From NCBI GenBank assembly GCA_001897295.1, contig MKSN01000001.1:672141-736140 (forward strand): a DNA stretch of 64,000 nt. Direction: 5' to 3'. Of the stretch, positions 58,380 through 64,000 are shown one piece after another. Each line of letters begins with the position of its first letter. Positions within the stretch are counted from its first letter, which is position 1. The notes under the pieces were generated by a model. It was not told the origin of the DNA. It did not search any database and saw nothing but the letters and a program-made list of their open reading frames with translations. This DNA comes from Candidatus Saccharibacteria bacterium 49-20. Lineage in GTDB: Bacteria > Patescibacteriota > Saccharimonadia > Saccharimonadales > Saccharimonadaceae. Both the position numbers and the translations under genes were made by a program.

Positions 58380-59350
58380 GCAAGGAGCTTAAGACGCTTA
58401 CGCTCGGCCGCAGTCTTACCACCCCATACCCCATCAGGTTGGTCGGTCGCGATTGCATAATCGAGGCAGTAGAGCCGAGCAACACATTGCTCACAGACCT
58501 GCTTTGCCATACGCACAGTTGCGCGATTTGGGTTATTAAATAGTTCTGGATCCGTCTCGGTGCAATTTGCAAATTCGCCCCAGTTTAACGCGTTCGGGGT
58601 GAGGTCGTCACGGGAAATCCTTTGCGGCTGTTCTTCAATTTCGTCTACCCGTTCACTTGGGTGACGTGGCTTTAACTTCTTAAAATGATCGCCAAGCTCA
58701 TTCATCTGTGCAATCGTCTGTTCGGTTGGATAATACGAATAAAGCTGGTTATTGTACGGATTAAGCTTCACGACTGGCGTGAGTACGATGTAGCGTAATC
58801 GCCGCCTCACCCACTTTACCCCCACGCCAAGCACCGTTGCAAGCCCTTCGACCGTACTCTCATCATCACCCGCCACCGGATACGCACGCATGCGTGCATC
58901 TTCGGCTTCTAGTAACGGCAAATCATCCTCGCGACTGTAATACTCAAATAATCGGTTATTGACTGGGTTACGCTTCGTCGTGCTCTCGATATCAAAGTAG
59001 GGCAATCTCGCCGCCACCCATTTTTCATCACGATCCAAGGCGAGTGACAGGCCATTGATTGAAATATCAGATTCATCCACAACCGGGTAATCCATCAGTG
59101 CACGAAGTTCGGCTGCAAGCACATCAATAGCTTCTATCGGGTAGTAGGTTCGTAACCTCCCCTGACTATCGGGCCATTGGCGGGAAATCTCTTTGTATTT
59201 TTCAAGGCGAGGCTTTGTCCAGTCATGGGTCTTACCCAAATACTCGGCAGCCTTTCCAATCGTCATCCAGTAGTCCGGATGAAACACGTCCATAGAATTT
59301 TGCGCACCACGCTCAACGACAAAAGCGCCTTCAATCTCAGCAATACTCAC
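58376..59350 (-). CDS. Three tandem winged-HTH-like repeats fused to a C-terminal WhiB (Wbl) domain
   Basis: W...ANC...DPELF..AKQVCEQCVARLYCLDYA....DGVWGG....ER at 58376-58582. Confidence 0.9.
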   Translation of the reverse strand: MSIAEIEGAFVVERGAQNSMDVFHPDYWMTIGKAAEYLGKTHDWTKPRLEKYKEISRQWPDSQGRLRTYYPIEAIDVLAAELRALMDYPVVDESDISINGLSLALDRDEKWVAARLPYFDIESTTKRNPVNNRLFEYYSREDDLPLLEAEDARMRAYPVAGDDESTVEGLATVLGVGVKWVRRRLRYIVLTPVVKLNPYNNQLYSYYPTEQTIAQMNELGDHFKKLKPRHPSERVDEIEEQPQRISRDDLTPNALNWGEFANCTETDPELFNNPNRATVRMAKQVCEQCVARLYCLDYAIATDQPDGVWGGKTAAERKRLKLLA

Positions 59351-59392
59351 AATGCCCTTATTTAGCCACCATCTGGCCCATTATGCAAGCAT

Positions 59393-59421
59393 AAGAAAAA
59401 CCCAGCACACGGCTGGGTTCT
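59393..59421 (-). terminator. Terminator after rpoD
   Basis: aagaaaaacccagcacacggctgggttct. Confidence 0.7.
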
Positions 59422-59439
59422 ATCTTGCACTAGTGCATC

Positions 59440-60471
59440 TTAGCTCAAGTAATCGTGAAGCTTCTTTGAGTCTTTGTGTTTACGAAGCTTGGCAAGCGCC
59501 TTGGCTTCGATTTGACGGATACGCTCACGAGTCACAGCAAACTCTTGACCTACTTCTTCGAGGGTATGACTCTTGCCGTTTTCAAGACCAAAACGCATCT
59601 TGATAATTTTCTGTTCACGGTCTGAAAGTGTCGAAAGAATTTCCTGTACTTGCTCCTTAAGGAGTTGTGACGCCGCAGACTCTTCTGGAGTCGCGCTATC
59701 TTCATCCTCAATGAAGTCACGAAGCACTGAATCTTCTTCGTCACCATCACGGCCCACACCAGCATCGAGTGAAGTAATGTCCTGCTTAATCTTCATGACA
59801 TACTCAACCTTTTCTGGTTCCATTTCAAGCTCTTTTGCAAGTTCTTCAATGGTTGGTTCGCGGTTAAGTTCTTGAGTCATACGACGTTGCGTGCGGAGAA
59901 GCTTATTAATAGTTTCCACCATGTGTACTGGAATACGGATCGTACGCGCTTGGTCGGCAATGGCACGGGTAATCGCTTGGCGAATCCACCAGGTTGCGTA
60001 GGTTGAGAACTTGAATCCCTTGTCCGGGTCGAACTTTTCAACTGCGCGAAGAAGCCCCGTGTTACCTTCCTGAATAAGGTCAAGGAAGTCGAGGCCGCGG
60101 CCACTATAACGCTTCGCGATTGAAACCACGAGACGCATGTTGGCTTCAGCCATCTTGTCTTTCGCCTTCTTGTCACCGTCAACGACACGCTTTGCAAGCG
60201 CGAGTTCTTCTTCGGCGCTAAGAAGTGGGATCTTACCGATTTCACGTAGGTACAAGCGCACACTGTCGTCACTTGCATCGTCGAAGTACTGCTCTTGGCT
60301 TAGTACGTCTTCATCAGTGTCCATTTCCTCTTCTTCGAGGTCTTCGAGCGCTGGGCCGTCGAAGTCTGCAGGAAGCGTAATTTCATCAGCTACTACACCT
60401 TCAGTGGCACCTTCTTCAACAAGCGCGTCATCTTCAATAATTGGTTCTTCTTTTTTCTTACCTTTTGGCAC
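59440..60471 (-). CDS. rpoD: Primary sigma factor RpoD/SigA
   Basis: [62 protein letters not shown]. Confidence 0.98.
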   Translation of the reverse strand: MPKGKKKEEPIIEDDALVEEGATEGVVADEITLPADFDGPALEDLEEEEMDTDEDVLSQEQYFDDASDDSVRLYLREIGKIPLLSAEEELALAKRVVDGDKKAKDKMAEANMRLVVSIAKRYSGRGLDFLDLIQEGNTGLLRAVEKFDPDKGFKFSTYATWWIRQAITRAIADQARTIRIPVHMVETINKLLRTQRRMTQELNREPTIEELAKELEMEPEKVEYVMKIKQDITSLDAGVGRDGDEEDSVLRDFIEDEDSATPEESAASQLLKEQVQEILSTLSDREQKIIKMRFGLENGKSHTLEEVGQEFAVTRERIRQIEAKALAKLRKHKDSKKLHDYLS

Positions 60472-62206
60472 GAGGCATCTCCTTGATTAATTCGTTAAGA
60501 GCTTGGCGCAACCGGAGAGCCTCCGCTTCATTGCCAATATCTTCGGCTTCGCGGAGTGCATTCATCAGTGCGTCTTTCTGTTTTTGCTTGTGTTCAGTTA
60601 TTGTGAGGCGGACCAAGCGGGCTGCTTCGTGGTAACGATCTTTGTCGTCCCACTCCCCGTATCGTGTATCGGCCTTTAATAGTAATATTTTGACATAGGT
60701 GTCGTAATCTTGCAACTCTTTAGGGATGGCCTGAACCGCCTCGATGCTGCGTCGTGTGTAGCGAAGCACCTCTTTACGCTCGTCGGTTGCGAGCATATCT
60801 TCCGTCACTTCCGCTAAGAGTTCGCGCACAGCAGGGTCAATCAAGGCGAGCGCAAGCATACTATCCTGGTGTGCCGCCGGGTCTTGCTTTACTTCCTCCG
60901 CAAGGTGCACTGGCTTCAGGTCACGGGGTCTCTCAACTTCGGTCGTGGTATCGAGCTTCTCCTTCACCGTCCCAAGCGAGGTTGAGGTATAGGCAGCAAT
61001 CTTTTGCATAAAGTGTTCCTGCTCAACAGGGTCTTGAAGGGCGCGCACAACCGCAAGTGCCGCAGTTGTGAACCGTCGCTTGCCTATTGGCGCCGTCATA
61101 TCTTCACGCTTCGTATACTGCGTAAGGAGCCAGTCGACGACATTCTCCGAGGTATCGATTGCCTTTTGCCAAAGTGCAAGGTCCTTCTGAATGAGTTCAT
61201 CCGGGTCTTTCACACCTTCGGGAAGGCTAATAATTGTAAGGTCTACACCCACTGCCTGTGCAATCGGAATCGCCCGTTCAGTCGCAGCTAGTCCTGCCGC
61301 GTCACCGTCAAACGCCAACCTTACATTCGGGCTAAGGCGAACCAATGCCTTAAGGTGTGATTCGGTCATAGCAGTACCCGCCGTCGCCACCACCTGAGTT
61401 ACACCCGCCTGATGGCTACTGACGACGTCGAGGTTGCCCTCAACGATCACCGCATAGTCACTTTTACGAATTGCATCTTTTGCTTGGCTCAACCCAAAGA
61501 CGTGGCGGCTCTTGTTGTACAGCGGAGTCTCTGGGGTGTTCAGATATTTAGGCGCATTCGGCTCATCGGCCAAGATACGACCCGTAAAGCCAATCACCTG
61601 CCCTGATGCATCCATCAGCGGCACCATCATACGCCCCCTAAAAAGGTCACCGCCAAAGCGATTTGTTAGCCCGCCTAGTGCAAGCTCTTGCTTAGAAAAG
61701 CCCTTCTTGGTTAAGAATTGTACGAGCGCATCCCCCGCATCGGGTGCGTACCCAATCTGAAAGGTTTGGACAATTTCTTTGCTCAAACCGCGCTTTTTAA
61801 ATACATACTCAAGCGCAGGAGTGTTTTGAAGCAAACTCTGCTGATAATACTTTGCTGCGAGTTGATGCGCTTCGAGCAAGCGACGCTTTTGCCGTGCAAG
61901 TTCTTGCCCACCCTTCGAGTCGTACGCCGACAAGTCCACGCCGGCACGTTGCGCAAGTAGTTCAAGCGCTCCGCGAAAATCAATTCCTTCAACTTCCATC
62001 ACGAAGCTAAATACGTCACCGCCCTTATTTGATGAAAAGTCATGCCAAATGTTTTTTTCTGGGCTCACGATGAAGCTTGGCGTTTTCTCGCCCGAGAAAG
62101 GACTTAAGCCCTTGAAGTTGCGCCCAGCACGTTTAAGCTGCACGTATTCACTCACCACGTCTTCGATATTGAGGCGGGCTCGTATTTCTTCCTTGGCATC
62201 CTGCAT
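60458..62206 (-). CDS. dnaG: DNA primase
   Basis: [44 protein letters not shown]; dnaG-rpoD synteny. Confidence 0.96.
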   Translation of the reverse strand: MQDAKEEIRARLNIEDVVSEYVQLKRAGRNFKGLSPFSGEKTPSFIVSPEKNIWHDFSSNKGGDVFSFVMEVEGIDFRGALELLAQRAGVDLSAYDSKGGQELARQKRRLLEAHQLAAKYYQQSLLQNTPALEYVFKKRGLSKEIVQTFQIGYAPDAGDALVQFLTKKGFSKQELALGGLTNRFGGDLFRGRMMVPLMDASGQVIGFTGRILADEPNAPKYLNTPETPLYNKSRHVFGLSQAKDAIRKSDYAVIVEGNLDVVSSHQAGVTQVVATAGTAMTESHLKALVRLSPNVRLAFDGDAAGLAATERAIPIAQAVGVDLTIISLPEGVKDPDELIQKDLALWQKAIDTSENVVDWLLTQYTKREDMTAPIGKRRFTTAALAVVRALQDPVEQEHFMQKIAAYTSTSLGTVKEKLDTTTEVERPRDLKPVHLAEEVKQDPAAHQDSMLALALIDPAVRELLAEVTEDMLATDERKEVLRYTRRSIEAVQAIPKELQDYDTYVKILLLKADTRYGEWDDKDRYHEAARLVRLTITEHKQKQKDALMNALREAEDIGNEAEALRLRQALNELIKEMPRAKR

Positions 62207-62259
62207 AGCTATAGTATACCACTCTTTACCTCTGTTATTGATTATGCTTAAATGGGGTC

Positions 62260-62871
62260 ATGAATCCCCAAAATGGACAGACTCCACTCGACTATCTCAA
62301 CCAGATATCGCCAGCCACTCAAAAGAAGCCTCTCTTCGCGTTGAATCTTAAAACTATCATCCTCGGCGCACTTGTCGTACTCGTACTCATTATCATCTTA
62401 GTAAACATCGGTAACGGCCTTGCTGCAGCGCGCAAAGAGCCATGGGAAACCTACGCCGCCCGCCTCGCGGCAACCAGTGAAATCGTCGATAGCTCAAGTG
62501 GCAAAATTAAGAACTCACAGCTCCGTTCACTCAACAGTGACCTGAAGCTCTACATCACCAATACCCAGCGTGACCTTGCCGAACCCCTCAAAGGCCTGAG
62601 TATTAACACTGCGAAGCTTCCAAAGTCGGTTACTGCAAAAGAAAGTAGTGCAAAAGCGCTCGAACGCCTTGAAGATGGACGACTCAACGCCAAGTACGAC
62701 AGTACCTACGCCCGCGAGATGAGCTACCAACTCGCAACAACCCTAGCGCTCCTTCAACAGCTCTATAAATCAAACGTGACACCAAAAACAAAAGCCTTTC
62801 TTGAAGACTCTTACAAGAATCTCGCCCCTACCTATAAGGCGATCTCTGAATTTAGCGCATCAAACGAATAA
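62260..62871 (+). CDS. Hypothetical membrane-anchored helical protein
   Basis: N-terminal DYLNQI motif, single TM, helical remainder. Confidence 0.75.
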   Translation: MNPQNGQTPLDYLNQISPATQKKPLFALNLKTIILGALVVLVLIIILVNIGNGLAAARKEPWETYAARLAATSEIVDSSSGKIKNSQLRSLNSDLKLYITNTQRDLAEPLKGLSINTAKLPKSVTAKESSAKALERLEDGRLNAKYDSTYAREMSYQLATTLALLQQLYKSNVTPKTKAFLEDSYKNLAPTYKAISEFSASNE

Positions 62872-63207
62872 TTATTCGGTAACAAGACGGTAGCTAAGGC
62901 GCGCGAGGTCTTTAATCTCGTCGTCATTGAGCTGTCCGGTGCAAATGATAGTGTTCCAGTGGTTCTTATTTAGGTGGTAGCCAGGAAGCACGCTCTCGTA
63001 CTTCTCACGAAGATTCTTGGCAAGCTGCGGGTCACACTTTAGGCTGACGCGGAGCGGATTACTACCATCGGCTATAATCGCGAACAACTTTCCTTCACCA
63101 GTTTCTTTGTGTCCCACTTTATAGACGCTCGTGCCTTCACCGAATGGAAAATCAAGCCAAGTGTTTGGAAAAGTCAGTAAATATTCTTCAAGTTCTTTGT
63201 GGTTCAT
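62872..63207 (-). CDS. MmcQ/YjbR-family protein
   Basis: FPFG...VYKV..KLFA, LKCDP, PGYHLNKNHWNTI, SY.LV. Confidence 0.92.
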   Translation of the reverse strand: MNHKELEEYLLTFPNTWLDFPFGEGTSVYKVGHKETGEGKLFAIIADGSNPLRVSLKCDPQLAKNLREKYESVLPGYHLNKNHWNTIICTGQLNDDEIKDLARLSYRLVTE

Positions 63208-63216
63208 AGCCCTATT

Positions 63217-64000
63217 CTACAGGCTACCCTGAGGTGACTGCAACTGGCTCATTGTTTGGGTCCAGTTAAGGCGCGTCAAAATCTCGGCAGTTTCAGCCTC
63301 TGTCGCAGGCTTCGTTTGTTTATTCGCACTGCTTGACCCCACTACCCCGTACTTAATTTCCATTGGAAGTTTCGCCAAGTTTCCTGTTGTCGCCTTCGCT
63401 AGACAATCATCCTTAAAGGCCCCACAGGTATTACCCAATTCGAGCCATGAGGCCAGCTGGTCGCTCTTGGCATTGGTTGTGTTCATGACAACATTTATTA
63501 TCGCCGAGCGAGTTACCTCTTTGTTCGCTTGCTGGTCAAAGATGAAGTTCCCCATCGAGTACACAATGAGCTTACCCTTGTAGGTCTCGGTTGATTGCAC
63601 CCAGTGGGGGTGGTTACCAATAACCATATCCGCCCCCGCATCAATCATCGCGCGGTAGGTGGTGGTACGGATACTATCTGGGCCGGCTTTGTATTCGGCG
63701 CCCATGTGTGGCATCACGATGACGGGCATAAGTTCTGAGTACTTTTTAATTTCATCAATTGATGCCGCGGGTGGAATCTTAAAGACCCCGTTATAGCCAC
63801 ATAGTGCGATTGGTAGCTTCTGGTCTTTTGTTGTCTTGTCGTCGTACGAAACCGTGACCGGCAGTGCAACAACTTCGCAAGAATCTTCGGTGACTACAGG
63901 ATCGTAGTGTCCGAAATATTGAATACCGTTTTTATCAAGTTGCTGCTTTGTTTCGGTAAAACCGGCCGCTCCCCTATTGTCCGTATGGTTGTTAGCAAGT
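63217..64000 (-). CDS. CapA-family metallophosphoesterase-like protein, 3' part (runs off window)
   Basis: Frame open to window end; LANNH, HMGAEY, IDAGAD.VIGNHPHWVQ, YSMGNFIFDQ. Confidence 0.92.
   Translation of the reverse strand, partial: LANNHTDNRGAAGFTETKQQLDKNGIQYFGHYDPVVTEDSCEVVALPVTVSYDDKTTKDQKLPIALCGYNGVFKIPPAASIDEIKKYSELMPVIVMPHMGAEYKAGPDSIRTTTYRAMIDAGADMVIGNHPHWVQSTETYKGKLIVYSMGNFIFDQQANKEVTRSAIINVVMNTTNAKSDQLASWLELGNTCGAFKDDCLAKATTGNLAKLPMEIKYGVVGSSSANKQTKPATEAETAEILTRLNWTQTMSQLQSPQGSL

Noticed and set aside
1..64000. CRISPR array, transposase or prophage
   Set aside because: No regularly spaced nucleotide repeats and no transposase or phage structural genes recognised

Overview
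Gene-dense bacterial chromosome segment (roughly 50% GC by eye, standard genetic code). It is most consistent with Candidatus Saccharibacteria (TM7, CPR): compact housekeeping genes, no biosynthetic operons, a secretin-less type IV pilus cluster (minor pilins, pilD, pilA, pilC, pilT, pilB, pilO/N/M), a VirB6-like membrane protein and many short- or no-leader transcripts. Housekeeping genes include tRNA-Arg(CCU), ndk, uppP, a Xer recombinase, ychF, tlyA, efp, rpsR/ssb/rpsF, ftsK, rnj, pnp, rpsO, truB, rpsT, holA, mutM, polA, rpoD and dnaG. The most striking signals point to Actinobacteria, the known hosts of Saccharibacteria. (1) A triple winged-HTH::WhiB fusion lies directly downstream of rpoD; this RpoD lacks the His-Pro WhiB docking motif, while the fusion's own linker carries RHPS. 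(2) A high-GC two-gene cassette encodes a class F sortase and its AHTG-type substrate. Other notable items: a complete leader-peptide attenuator before an orphan gene, two tandem 'PPRF'-tailed secreted proteins beside the pilus locus, a pilin-RCC1 fusion, and loss of metal-binding cysteines in UDG, DnaG and PilB. No CRISPR array, transposase or prophage was seen. All calls are by-eye motif recognition; no searches were run.
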